Shown: positions 49,440 through 63,631, numbered from the stretch's first letter. The stretch: DNA of 64,000 nucleotides from Eledone cirrhosa (GCA_964016885.1 OZ024764.1:22754001-22818000), one strand, 5' to 3'. Notes: generated by a model not told the origin, from the sequence alone. Made by a program: numbers and translations.

Positions 49440-52400
49440 CCACTGTATTTATCTGCCTCTCACATGACCACACTCCTCTCCACGCACTCATCATCTTCTC
49501 ACTCCTTCTACACCTTCCATCCCTCCCCTTGCTCAACCCTTACTTCCTCCTCGCGCACAGCCCACCTAGGTATTCGTTCAACCCGCCGGTGGCCCGATGT
49601 TTCGACCGAACTATTACCGGCGATTGCCGATTGCTAAAGTTGCCACCACTTTAACCTAGTCCACTCTAGGTGGCGGTGGCATGCGTTGAACGACCAAGAG
49701 ACCTGCTTGGTGGAACGACTATGTGACAACCGGTCAGCCTTCGACCTCTCATTCTCCACCAACTGCAGCACGCACGAGAGGAGGTAACTTGACCCCACCT
49801 ACCCCTCCTCTCCTTCACGGCAGATTCCGAACAAATCCAACCCGGCCAACCACACCACCCCTACAACTGTTAGCTCACTACCCAACCCCCGCTTTAGTCC
49901 CACCGTTAGAACCACTGCTGTCTCCTTTACTGACTCCCTTCACCGAATTCCAACGCTGGCCCTCTACTGCCGGCTGTTGCCAGCCCGCCACCTGATTGCG
50001 CCCTCTGTGCCCGCACTAACCAGTACTTAAAGACAATTAAATGTCACCTATGCCACGCAAGCTACCACAGAAGCTGTGTCAGCATCACCAAAGCTCAAGC
50101 CGAAAGGCTTCAACACTGGACCTGTCATCGGTGCCACTTCAGCTCCGACTATTCCGTGGGGATGACCAACACTCTACCAACGACTATCCACCCCCCCCCC
50201 CCCAGGGCTTCTCCAAATCAAAGCTCGGTAACCGGTCCCTTAAGGGAGCTCGGAACAGCTTTGCAGGTGCCCTCTCTAATTTACTGAAAAACGTTTGCTC
50301 GTCCAACAATAGACTGGCAGAAATTGTTTTTGTTTCCCCTCATCTCTCTTCACGTGCACAATGCGAACTCGGGTTCCCTCAAGTCCTCTCTCAAGCGGCA
50401 GTTCCAGCTGTTTGAGTCCACCCCAACCACGTCTCATCTCAGTTCGTCTCCGAGCTCGGTGTCCACCAACAGACAACCGGTAGACCTCAAGCGAGCCGTC
50501 AATGCCAAATTCAGCGAATTTGACATTAAAGGGGCTGTCCTCCCTTGCTCCATGCAACTCTGACTCTCGTGAGCGTCTGAAAGAGAAGCACCCCCAGATG
50601 ATCAGCAACACTGGCCCGAACCACCAGAATACTTGAGACCGGTTTACACCACCAATATCATCAGAAAGGCGATTTCATCCTTCCCCGCTGGGTCAGGCGC
50701 GGGAATTGACGTCCTTCGTCCTCAACACCTCAAGGATGGTATCTCCTTATCGGCCGGTGATGCCGGACTCGAGCTCTTGGAGAGTCTGACTCAGTTTGTG
50801 AATCAGTGAACGTTCTCCCGTTCATCCGCCCACTGTTCTTCGGTGCGAAGCTATTTGGTCTCACCAAGCCTAACGGGGACCTGTGCCGCATTGCTGTTGG
50901 CTGCACACCTCGCCGCCTCACTGCAAAGGCGTGATTGCTGTTGGTCTCCAACCCACTGGCGGAGGAATTTTCCCCCATCCAGCTGTGGGTGGGTACCAGG
51001 TTGGGATGTGTGGCTGCTGTCCACGCTGCCAGAACATTTGCCAACTTGCCCTCCTCATCCCCCAAGGTCATCCTCAAACTTGACCTCAGGAATGCCTTCA
51101 ACTCCGTCAGCCGTAACATCGTCCTCGGCTCAGTAAGAGAGAGGGTCCCACAACTCTACCACTTTGCTTGGCAGGCTTATCGGGAGCCCTCCTACCTCTC
51201 TTTCAGTAACCAGATCATCACCTCTGCCTCAGGAGTCCAACAGGGTGACCCACTAGGACCCCCCCCCCCCCCCCGCACTGGACATTGATGACGTCACCAA
51301 GATTGGGCTGAGTTGGACCCCAATGTCTGGTAGCTCGACGATGCCTGTTTGGGGGGAACTCCGGATATGGTTCTCGCCACTGCCAACAGGATGGTGGAGG
51401 AGCTTGGCGCCTGGGTCTCCAGATCAATAGCTCCAGATGTGAGCTCTGGATCCTCAACCACCCGGCTTCTTAACACCAACAGCTGATCGACCTGTTCGCA
51501 GAGTCCTTCCCTTCCATCACGGTCCCTCCCCCGTCAGCTTGGTGCTCCTTAGGAGCCCCAATCACAGACCTGGCCTTCGAGTCCACCATCCAATCGAAGA
51601 TGGTTGGCCTTGAGCAGCTGCTGAGGAATATTGAAGATATCGAACCCCATCAAGGTTTCTTCTTACTCAGGAACTACCTGTCTATTCCTAAGCTTCTGTA
51701 TCTACTCAGGGTCAGCCCCTCTCACAGATTTCCATCCTGCCTCCAACGCTTCGACGACCTAATCTTCGAGAGACTCGAGTGTCTGGTCAATGTTAGTAAG
51801 TGTTTGTCCCTCTCTCTCCCCTGCTTCCTTTCCTCCACCCAAGCTTGCAGCATCCTCTCCTCTCCAACATGGACTAGTTCCAACAGGGAGTTGTGTGAAG
51901 CTCTCCAGCAATGGAATGAGTTGGGCTTGTCTCTTCCTGAGAAGGTGGAGGACAGTCGAAGTCAGAGAACTTGGGACAGGATACGTTGGAATGCCACCTT
52001 CGACTCCCTCTTCGTCCTCTCAGATCAGTCTGCAAGGTGCCGCTTACCATCTGCCAGTGCCAAATACTCCGGTGACTGGGTCGATGCCTTACCCGTGGCC
52101 AACGTTGGAGGCCTACTCAGCCTGGATGAACTTCGTGTCTCCATCACCCTCAGAGTGGGAGCTGACGTCTGCATGGGTTTGAGATGTGGCTAACTCCTCG
52201 ACTCCACAGGCCTCCACGGTCTTTCTTGCCGCCTGAATGCCGGCCACTTCGCCCGTCACACGGAGCTAAACTTTATTCTGAAGAGAGCTTTGGCCCGGGC
52301 AAACATCCCCTCAGTCTTGGAACCATCTGGGTTGTCCAGAAGTGACGGCAAAAGACCTGACGGCCTTACCCTGTGCCCCTGGTCGAGAGGCAGGTGCCTA

Positions 52401-52756
52401 ATCTGGGACGTCACTGTTAGTGACTCCTTTGCTCTTTTCCACATCCTTGATGCTGCGGTAAGGACGAGAGCCACAGCTTCGGCAGCCGAGCGGAGTAAGA
52501 CCCTCAAATACTCTGATCTGTCGGCCAGCTACATTTCTCAGCCTGTGGCTTTCGAGACGTTTGGGGGAGTCGGGCCGCTGACTGCGAGGTTCCTTTCTTG
52601 TGTGCTGGCTTGCCTCAAAACTCATTAGAGAGGTTTTCCAGTACCCCTCGTTGCTGTCTTTTGCTCTGGTGTTGGCTCCGTTGTCCACCCCTTCCTTTAC
52701 ATTTTCTTTAATATTGCAACATTGAAGGAATTTATCTTTCATTGTATCATCCTTTA
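49440..52756 (+). mobile_element. CRE-like non-LTR retrotransposon, duplicate of 17900-21515 with internal and 3' deletions
   Basis: Same RT and RLE motifs (ORFs 50935, 51600, 52290). The 3' end jumps to the sequence equivalent to ~22000. Confidence 0.85.
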
Positions 52757-53620
52757 TCTACAAATCTAGTCGTTTCCTGCTACTTTGTTCCCTCGGGTAT
52801 GCCTTAGTATTTGACACCATCTATCTGTCTTACTTCCTAACTAGCAAGAAGTCAATCTGTCTAATGTGTTCACCTGATTGGTAGGTTATTAGGTGGTTGG
52901 TAGGTTTCTTGAAGTGTTGCAAATGGTTAGTTCACTTGCATCACAAAATACAAGAAGCCTCACTCCTTCATCGTTTCTTGAGCCATAACCATGACCACCA
53001 TGTACCCCAGTATGTCCATCCTGGAACTGTCCAACATGACCATTGAAGTCCCCTGCTATTATAACTAGGTCTCTGTCATTGTGGTTATCTCTACTTATTC
53101 CTTTTCTACATATGGAGCAGGGCCACTTTCCTGAAGGTGTCAGGGTCTTCTCTCCTATCCATTTTAGTTTTGGCTAAGTATATTCTCAGAACTTACCATT
53201 TCAAATTCTATATCTATAGCTGGTCATCTACATAGAGAAGTTTCCATAGACAGCCAGTCTTAAACCTCTCTGTTATGGCTTGGAGAACTATGATGAACAA
53301 CAGTGGGCTAAGAACTAAACCATGATGAACTCCTACCTGTACCTTCAATTCCTCACTAAACACACTTTACTGACAGCTTCTCACAAGCCATTCTTCTACA
53401 CCTAATTTCTATAACCCTTTAGTATATAAACTGGCCATATCTGGCCAGAATTCTCCCACATCTTTCTGTTTAAACTGGCCGTAATTGGTCACTTATACTT
53501 ATGTTAAGGTATTGTTCTCAAAATAAATAACATGAAAATCTCAGATTTGACATTATGAGAGATAAAGCATTTACTGTGAAAATATAATAGTAAATATAGA
53601 GTAATGTGAATACTAAAGGG

Positions 53621-56600
53621 TTAATCTAATGTCACTAATAACTACTTTTATCAGTCAGTATAATCTAATGCCACTAATAGCTACTTTTGTCTGTCAGTAT
53701 AATCTAATGTCACTAATAACTACTTTTATCTGTCAGTTTAATCTAATGTCACTAATAACTACTTTTATCAGTCAGTTTAATCTAATGTCACTAATAACTA
53801 CTTTTATCAGTCAGTATAATCTAATGCCACTAATAGCTACTTTTGTCTGTCAGTATAATCTAATGTCACTAATAACTACTTTTATCTGTCAGTTTAATCT
53901 AATGTCACTAATAACTACTTTTATCAGTCAGTTTAATCTAATGTCACTAATAACTACTTTTATCAGTCAGTATAATCTAATGCCACTAATAGCTACTTTT
54001 GTCTGTCAGTATAATCTAATGTCACTAATAACTACTTTTATCTGTCAGTTTAATCTAATGTCACTAATAACTACTTTTATCAGTCAGTATAATCTAATGT
54101 AATAACTACTTTTATCAGTCAGTATAATCTAATGTCACTAACAACTACTTTTATCAGTCAGTTTAATCTAATGTCACTAATAACTACTTTTATCAGTCAG
54201 TTTAATCTAATGTAATAACTACTTTTATCAGTCAGTTTAATCTAATGTAATAACTACTTTTATCAGTCAGTATAATCTAATGTCACTAATAACTACTTTT
54301 ATCAGTCAGTATAATCTAAAGTCACTAATAACTACTTTTATCAGTCAGTTTAATCTAATGTCACTAATAACTACTTTTATCAGTCAGTATAATCTAATGT
54401 CACTAATAACTACTTTTATCAGTCAGTATAATCTACTGTCACTAATAACTACTTTTATCAGTCAGTATAATCTAATGTCACTAATAACTGCTTTTATCAG
54501 TCAGTATCATCTAATGTCACTAATAACTACTTTTATCTGTCAGTTTAATCTAATGTCACTAATAACTACTTTTATCAGTCAGTATAATCTAACGTCACTA
54601 ATAACTACTTTTATCAGTCAGTTTAATCTAATGTCACTAATAACTACTTTTATCAGTCAGTATAATCTAACGTCACTAATAACTACTTTTATCTGTCAGT
54701 TTAATCTAATGTCACTAATAACTACTTTTATCTGTCAGTTTAATCTAACGTCACTAATAACTACTTTTATCAGTCAGTTTAATCTAACGTCACTAATAAC
54801 TACTTTTATCAGTCAGTATAATCTAACGTCACTAATAACTACTTTTATCAGTCAGTTTAATCTAATGTCACTAATAACTACTTTTATCTGTCAGTTTAAT
54901 CTAATGTCACTAATAACTACTTTTATCTGTCAGTTTAATCTAATGTCACTAATAACTACTTTTATCAGTCAGTATAATCTAATGTCACTAATAACTACTT
55001 TTATCAGTCAGTTTAATCTAATGTAATAACTACTTTTATCTGTCAGTTTAATCTAATGTCACTAATAACTACTTTTATCTGTCAGTTTAATCTAATGTCA
55101 CTAATAACTACTTTTATCAGTCAGTATAATCTAATGTCACTAATAACTACTTTTATCAGTCAGTATAATCTAATGTCACTAATAACTACTTTTATCTGTC
55201 AGTTTAATCTAATGTCACTAATAACTACTTTTATCTGTCAGTTTAATCTAATGTCACTAATAACTACTTTTATCAGTCAGTATAATCTAACGTCACTAAT
55301 AACTACTTTTATCAGTCAGTTTAATCTAATGTCACTAATAACTACTTTTATCTGTCAGTTTAATCTAATGTCACTAATAACTACTTTTATCTGTCAGTTT
55401 AATCTAATGTCACTAATAACTACTTTTATCAGTCAGTATAATCTAATGTCACTAATAACTACTTTTATCAGTCAGTTTAATCTAATGTAATAACTACTTT
55501 TATCTGTCAGTTTAATCTAATGTCACTAATAACTACTTTTATCTGTCAGTTTAATCTAATGTCACTAATAACTACTTTTATCAGTCAGTATAATCTAATG
55601 TCACTAATAACTACTTTTATCAGTCAGTATAATCTAATGTCACTAATAACTACTTTTATCTGTCAGTTTAATCTAATGTCACTAATAACTACTTTTATCT
55701 GTCAGTTTAATCTAATGTCACTAATAACTACTTTTATCTGTCAGTTTAATCTAATGTCACTAATAACTACTTTTATCAGTCAGTATAATCTAATGTCACT
55801 AATAACTACTTTTATCAGTCAGCATAATCTAATGTCACTAATAACTACTTTTATCAGTCAGTATAATCTAATGTCACTAATAACTACTTTTATCAGTCAG
55901 TATAATCTAACGTCACTAATAACTACTTTTATCAGTCAGTTTAATCTAATGTCACTAATAACTACTTTTATCAGTCAGTATAATCTAATGTCACTAATAA
56001 CTACTTTTATCAGTCAGTTTAATCTAATGTAATAACTACTTTTATCAGTCAGTATAATCTAATGTCACTAATAACTACTTTTATCAGTCAGTATAATCTA
56101 ACGTCACTAATAACTACTTTTATCAGTCAGTTTAATCTAATGTAATAACTACTTTTATCAGTCAGTATAATCTAATGTCACTAATAACTACTTTTATCAG
56201 TCAGTTTAATCTAATGTCACTAATAACTACTTTTATCAGTCAGTTTAATCTAATGTAATAACTACTTTTATCAGTCAGTTTAATCTAATGTAATAACTAC
56301 TTTTATCAGTCAGTTTAATCTAATGTAATAACTACTTTTATCAGTCAGTATAATCTAATGTCACTAATAACTACTTTTATCAGTCAGTTTAATCTAATGT
56401 CACTAATAACTACTTTTATCAGTCAGTTTAATCTAATGTTATAACTACTTTTATCAGTCAGTTTAATCTAATGTAATAACTACTTTTATCAGTCAGTATA
56501 ATCTAATGTCACTAATAACTACTTTTATCAGTCAGTATAATCTAACGTCACTCACTAATAACTACTTTTATCAGTCAGTTTAATCTAATGTAATAACTAC

Positions 56601-59600
56601 TTTTATCAGTCAGTTTAATCTAATGTCACTAATAACTACTTTTATCAGTCAGTATAATCTAATGTCACTAATAACTACTTTTATCAGTCAGTATAATCTA
56701 ATGTCACTAATAACTACTTTTATCAGTCAGTATAATCTAATGTCACTAATAACTTCTTTTATCAGTCAGTTTAATCTAATGTCACTAATAACTACTTTTA
56801 TCAGTCAGTATAATCTAATGTCACTAATAACTACTTTTATCTGTCAGTATAATCTAATGTCACTAATAACTACTTTTATCAGTCAGTATAATCTAATGTC
56901 ACTAATAACTACTTTTATCTGTCAGTATAATCTAATGTCACTAATAACTACTTTTATCAGTCAGTATAATCTAATGTCACTAATAACTACTTTTATCTGT
57001 CAGTATAATCTAAAGCCACTAATAACTACTTTTATCAGTCAGTTTAATCTAATGTCACTAATAACTACTTTTATCTGTCAGTATAATCTAATGTCACTAA
57101 TAACTACTTTTATCAGTCAGTTCAATCTAATGTCACTAATAACTACTTTTATCAGTCAGTTTAATCTAATGTCACTAATAACTACTTTTATCTGTCAGTA
57201 TAATCTAATGTCACTAATAACTACTTTTATCTGTCAGTATAATCTAAAGCCACTAATAACTACTTTTATCAGTCAGTTCAATCTAATGTCACTAATAACT
57301 ACTTTTATCAGTCAGTTTAATCTAATGTCACTAATAACTACTTTTATCTGTCAGTATAATCTAATGTCACTAATAACTACTTTTATCTGTCAGTATAATC
57401 TAATGTCACTAATAACTACTTTTATCTGTCAGTATAATCTAATGTCACTAATAACTACTTTTATCAGTCAGTTTAATCTAATGTCACTAATAACTACTTT
57501 TATCTGTCAGTATAATCTAATGTCACTAATAACTACTTTTATCTGTCAGTATAATCTAATGTCACTAATAACTACTTTTATCAGTCAGTTTAATCTAATG
57601 TCACTAATAACTACTTTTATCTGTCAGTATAATCTAATGTCACTAATAACTACTTTTATCTGTCAGTATAATCTAATGTCACTAATAACTACTTTTATCA
57701 GTCAGTATAATCTAATGTCACTAATAACTACTTTTATCTGTCAGTATAATCTAAAGCCACTAATAACTACTTTTATCAGTCAGTTTAATCTAATGTCACT
57801 AATAACTACTTTTATCTGTCAGTTTAATCTAATGTAACTAATAACTACTTTTATCAGTCAGTTTAATCTAATGTCACTAATAACTACTTTTATCTGTCAG
57901 TATAATCTAAAGCCACTAATAACTACTTTTATCAGTCAGTATAATCTAATGTCACTAATAACTACTTTTATCAGTCAGTATAATCTAATGTCACTAATAA
58001 CTACTTTTATCAGTCAGTTTAATCTAATGTCACTAATAACTACTTTTATCTGTCAGTTTAATCTAATGTCACTAATAACTACTTTTATCAGTCAGTTTAA
58101 TCTACTGTCACTAATAACTACTTTTATCTGTCAGTTTAATCTACTGTCACTAATAACTACTTTTATCAGTCAGTATAATCTAATGTCACTAATAACTACT
58201 TTTATCTGTCAGTTTAATCTAATGTCACTAATAACTACTTTTATCTGTCAGTATAATCTAATGTCACTAATAACTACTTTTATCTGTCAGTATAATCTAA
58301 TGTCACTAATAACTACTTTTATCAGTCAGTATAATCTAATGTCACTAATAACTACTTTTATCTGTCAGTTTAATCTAATGTCACTAATAACTACTTTTAT
58401 CAGTCAGTTTAATCTAATGTCACTAATAACTACTTTTATCAGTCAGTATAATCTAATGTCACTAATAACTACTTTTATCAGTCAGTATAATCTACTGTCA
58501 CTAATAACTACTTTTATCTGTCAGTTTAATCTAAAGTCACTAATAACTACTTTTATCAGTCAGTTTAATCTACTGTCACTAATAACTACTTTTATCTGTC
58601 AGTTTAATCTAATGTCACTAATAACTACTTTTATCAGTCAGTATAATCTAATGTCACTAATAACTACTTTTATCTGTCAGTTTAATCTAATGTCACTAAT
58701 AACTACTTTTATCAGTCAGTTTAATCTAATGTCACTAATAACTACTTTTATCAGTCAGTATAATCTAATGTCACTAATAACTACTTTTATCAGTCAGTAT
58801 AATCTACTGTCACTAATAACTACTTTTATCTGTCAGTTTAATCTAAAGTCACTAATAACTACTTTTATCAGTCAGTTTAATCTACTGTCACTAATAACTA
58901 CTTTTATCTGTCAGTTTAATCTAATGTCACTAATAACTACTTTTATCAGTCAGTTTAATCTAATGTCACTAATAACTACTTTTATCAGTCAGTTTAATCT
59001 AATGTCACTAATAACTACTTTTATCAGTCAGTATAATCTAATGTCACTAATAACTACTTTTATCAGTCAGTATAATCTAATGTCACTAATAACTACTTTT
59101 ATCTGTCAGTTTAATCTAATGTCACTAATAACTACTTTTATCAGTCAGTTTAATCTAATGTCACTAATAACTACTTTTATCTGTCAGTTTAATCTAAAGT
59201 CACTAATAACTACTTTTATCAGTCAGTATAATCTAATGTCACTAATAACTACTTTTATCAGTCAGTTTAATCTAATGTCACTAATAACTACTTTTATCAG
59301 TCAGTTTAATCTAATGTCACTAATAACTACTTTTATCAGTCAGTTTAATCTAATGTCACTAATAACTACTTTTATCTGTTAGTTTAATCTAATGTCACTA
59401 ATAACTACTTTTATCAGTCAGTTTAATCTAATGTCACTAATAACTACTTTTATCAGTCAGTATAATCTACTGTCACTAATAACTACTTTTATCAGTCAGT
59501 ATAATCTAATGTCACTAATAACTACTTTTATCAGTCAGTATAATCTAATGTCACTAATAACTACTTTTATCAGTCAGTTTAATCTAATGTCACTAATAAC

Positions 59601-59719
59601 TACTTTTATCTGTCAGTTCAATCTAATCTCACTAATAACTACTTTTATCAGTCAGTTTAATCTAATGTCACTAATAACTACTTTTATCAGTCAGTTTAAT
59701 CTACTACCACTAATAACTA
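53621..59719 (+). repeat. 39-bp minisatellite, massively expanded (~6.1 kb, ~156 copies)
   Basis: Continuous reiteration of the unit with a few variant positions and occasional 35-bp units. Confidence 0.98.
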
Positions 59720-60680
59720 ACCTATGTTAGGCAGCACATTCTTCACCAAGGAAGGCCTTAGTATTTATTACAGTCCATTTATCAATATAGAAATATTATA
59801 TGAAATTTGTACTGATGTATTACAAGTTTCTGAGTATCTTATAATGTTCTTTTATTATTTCAGAATACCAGAGGACATTGGCATTAAAGAGCACGTTACA
59901 TCAGACATATCCTCAACATTAACCATCTCTAATGAAAGACACTACCCATCATTTTCAAATAATTTTGAAAACACTCAACACTTTGAAGGGATTTAGTAAT
60001 ATAACTAAAGTTCTCAGTATTAAGCTGCTATTTGGAACATAACTTTGCACAATTTCATGAAGTTACAATGGAAAGTTTTTAGATAAATATAAACACTGAT
60101 ATGAAAAGGATAAAACACTGTTATATCAGTTGTTTCATCAACACCATTTTTTAAAGACTAAAGGAAGCTGTTATACAGAACAGATACAACCTTGTTTATA
60201 TAAATCTATGGGAGAAATACTGGGAAATATTTCTTGTAAACTCAATAACCCTTCTATTCTTTGCTGTCTGGAATATGTAGAAGATACAAAATAAAGCAGA
60301 AGAAATCTACACATTATTTTGTAAGATCTTCATATATTGACAAAGATGATAGTAGATGGAACTACAGGAGTAGAAATATTTCCATTATTACAGGAATAAC
60401 TAATCAAATAAAAACCAGAAAAATTAGATTCTTCACTGTCTGGAATATGTACAAGATGATTTTATATGTATATTAAACTTGAAGACATCTACAAAACAGT
60501 TTGTATCATCTTTAAATATAAAGAAAGACCAAGTTGATGGAAATATATCTGGAGGAATATGTTTCAGGAATAATATTATAAACATAAAGAAGAAAAATAT
60601 CCATATATTGACAGAAGAAAAATATTAAAACTGTGAATTATGTGAGAAACTGAGGTCATTGATATCTTTTAGTAGGAGTT

Positions 60681-62213
60681 ATGTCGAAAAATATAGTAAA
60701 ATCACCATTCCACTGTGATATCTGTGGTAAATCATTCTCTCGTAGTAATCAGCTAACTACTCCCAAACGTATTCATACAGGAGAGAAGCCTTATCACTGT
60801 GAAATCTGTGGTAAATCATTCAGTTACGGTAGTAGCATCAGAGTTCACAAGCAAATTCATACAGGAGAGAAGCCACATCACTGTGACATCTGTAGTAAAT
60901 CATTCTCTTGCAGAGATAGCTTAACTGATCACAAACGTATTCATACAGGAGAGAAGCCACATCACTGTGACATCTGTTGTAAATCATTCTCTTGCAGAGA
61001 TAGCTTAACTACTCACAAACGTATTCATACAGGAGAGAAGCCATATCACTGTGATATCTGCGGTAAATCATTCGCTGACAGAAGTTGCTTAGCTACCCAC
61101 AGACGTACTCATACAGGAGAGAAGCCATATCACTGTGACATCTGCGGTAATTCATTCTCTCAGAGCAATCACCTAACTACTCACAAACGTATTCATACAG
61201 GAGAGAAGACATATCAGTGTGACATCTGTGGTAATTCATTCTCTCGTAGTGATAACCTAACTACTCACAAACGTACTCATACGGGAGACAAACCATATCA
61301 CTGTGACATCTGTGGTAAATCATTTGCTGACAGAAGTTGCTTAGCTACCCACAGACGTACTCATACAGGAGAGAAGCCATATCACTGTGACATCTGCGGT
61401 AATTCATTCTCTCGTAGTAATAACCTAACTACTCACAAACGTATTCATACAGGAGAGAAGCCATATCAGTGTGACATCTGTGGTAATTCATTCTCTCATA
61501 GTAATAACCTAACTACTCACAAACGTACTCATACAGGAGAGAAGCCATATCACTGTGACATCTGTGGTAAATCATTCTCTCGTAATCACCTAACTCTCCA
61601 CAAACGTACTCATACAGGAGAGAAGCCATATCACTGTGACATCTGTGGTAAATCATTCTCTCATAGTAATCTCCTAACTATCCACAAACGTACTCATACA
61701 GGAGAGAAGCCATATCACTGTGACATCTGTGGTAAATCATTCTCTCAAAGTAATCACCTAACTCTCCACAAACGTACTCATACAGGAGAGAAGCCATATC
61801 ACTGTGACATCTGTGGTAAATCATTCTCTCGTAGTAATCACCTAACTCTCCACAAACGTACTCATACAGGAGAGAAGCCATATCACTGTGACATCTGTGG
61901 TAAATCATTCTCTAATAGTGATCTCCTAACTATCCACAAACGTACTCATACAGGAGAGAAGCCATATCACTGTGACATCTGTGGTAAATCATTCTCTCGT
62001 AGTAATCACCTAACTATCCACAAACGTACTCATACAGGAGAGAAGCCATATCACTGTGATATCTGTGGTAAATCATTCTCTCATAGTAATCACCTAACTC
62101 TCCACAAACGTACTCATACAGGAGAGAAGCCATATCACTGTGACATCTGTGGTAAATCATTCTCTCTTAGAGGTAACTTAACCAGGCATGTGCGTATTCA
62201 TACAGAAGTTTAG
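60681..62213 (+). CDS. Poly-C2H2 zinc-finger protein (cassette B2), 510 aa, 18 finger repeats (first His->Pro, finger 11 one residue short)
   Basis: Tandem C2H2/TGEKP repeats; acceptor at 59863|59864. Confidence 0.95.
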   Translation: MSKNIVKSPFHCDICGKSFSRSNQLTTPKRIHTGEKPYHCEICGKSFSYGSSIRVHKQIHTGEKPHHCDICSKSFSCRDSLTDHKRIHTGEKPHHCDICCKSFSCRDSLTTHKRIHTGEKPYHCDICGKSFADRSCLATHRRTHTGEKPYHCDICGNSFSQSNHLTTHKRIHTGEKTYQCDICGNSFSRSDNLTTHKRTHTGDKPYHCDICGKSFADRSCLATHRRTHTGEKPYHCDICGNSFSRSNNLTTHKRIHTGEKPYQCDICGNSFSHSNNLTTHKRTHTGEKPYHCDICGKSFSRNHLTLHKRTHTGEKPYHCDICGKSFSHSNLLTIHKRTHTGEKPYHCDICGKSFSQSNHLTLHKRTHTGEKPYHCDICGKSFSRSNHLTLHKRTHTGEKPYHCDICGKSFSNSDLLTIHKRTHTGEKPYHCDICGKSFSRSNHLTIHKRTHTGEKPYHCDICGKSFSHSNHLTLHKRTHTGEKPYHCDICGKSFSLRGNLTRHVRIHTEV

Positions 62214-62837
62214 CTGTGTCAATATCAAACTCATTACATCATACTACTACAACAAATGTGTAGATCCATCATCCTTGCTAAAACTGGGGTCAAACTTGTA
62301 GGTTTTACCTAGGACAGGGATCATAAACACCAGGTTTCCATTTTTGAAGCAGTGTTTGAAGATTTTGTGTAAATTAAAGTTTTTCACATTAAACTTTGAT
62401 TTATTATACTTTAACAGGTAAGATATATATTTGTATTTTTAGTAAAGGTTGGGAACTTCTGTAATTTAAACCTGCCAATAAAATGAAAACTTTTGTTGTT
62501 GCTAGTCAGACATTGGTATTAATTCTATTGTCCTGTACATTGTCTCAAATATCACAGATTAAACAGATTTTAACAATATCAACAGAAATCAATAACTTGT
62601 AAGCCTAATATCTAGCTTCCATTTTAACTATTTGATATTGTTGTTCCCCTCCTGTCTCTTCAGGTCTTTTAGATTTCAACTTCTATCTACTGTACTATTC
62701 CATCACCAAGGCAACATTCATCTGGCTGGCAGCTTACATCAACTACAGATCTCATCAGTGGTTCACAACAAGCTGGCTGAAAGAAACTTCCAGATATCTT
62801 CTATATCATAGCTATCAATCTCCTCCTCCTTATCATA

Positions 62838-63354
62838 TGTACCACTCTCACAGTCCCTCTAGATCTTATATTTAACAAGGAGATCTTTTACTATCTCTAC
62901 CCTTTTCTCTAGGTTGTCTTGTACCACTCTCACAGTTCCTCTAGATCTTATATTTAACGGGGAGATTCTTTACTGTCTCTACTCTTTTCTCTAGGTTGTC
63001 TTGTACCTCTCTCACAGTCCCTATATATATCTTATATTTAACAGGGAGATTTTTTACTATCCCTACCCTTTTCTCCAGATTGTCTTGTATCTCTTTTACA
63101 GTCCCTCTAGATCTTATATTTAACAGGGAGATCTTTTACTAGCCCTACCCTTTTCTCTAGGTTTTCTTTTACCTCTCTCACAGTCCCTCTAGATCTTATA
63201 TTTAACAGGGAGATCTTTTACTCTCCAACCCTTTTCTCTAGGTCGTCTTGTACCTCCCTCACAATCCCTGTAGATCTTATATTTAACAGGGAGATCTTTT
63301 ACTCTCCAACCCTTCTACAGATAGTCTTGTATATGTCATTACCTCTAGATCTTA
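62838..63354 (+). repeat. 82-bp tandem repeat, ~6 copies
   Basis: Same unit as 27828-28104. Confidence 0.9.
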
Positions 63355-63631
63355 CACCTCGTATCTAGTCTATGTTGAGTGGTACGTCTTTCTCCAGTAA
63401 AGGAGTTAATATTCCCAACCATCTGTCTATCCTGTTTTCTGATGAGAATGAAGTCAATCTAGTTTATCTCTTCACCTGATTGAAGTAACTAGATGGTTTC
63501 CTGTAAGTTAGTGTTGCAGTGTTTGTGTCACCATGTAAGGTTTATATCTATTAATATAGAGATGTAGTAAAGTTTTCACTGTTGTATCTCTACTTTCTAA
63601 ATATCTTAATAATGTTTCTCTACTATTTCAG

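Noticed and set aside
53621-59719. CRISPR-like array
   Set aside because: Repeats are contiguous with no unique spacers, no cas genes are present, and the context is eukaryotic.
53629-59730. Long ORFs of repeated MSLITTFISQFNL
   Set aside because: Artefact of a 39-bp (13-codon) stop-free unit. The frame is broken by 35-bp units, and the array lies upstream of a splice acceptor, so it is probably intronic.
61678-61908. Antisense repetitive ORF
   Set aside because: Shadow of the 84-bp finger repeat on the opposite strand.
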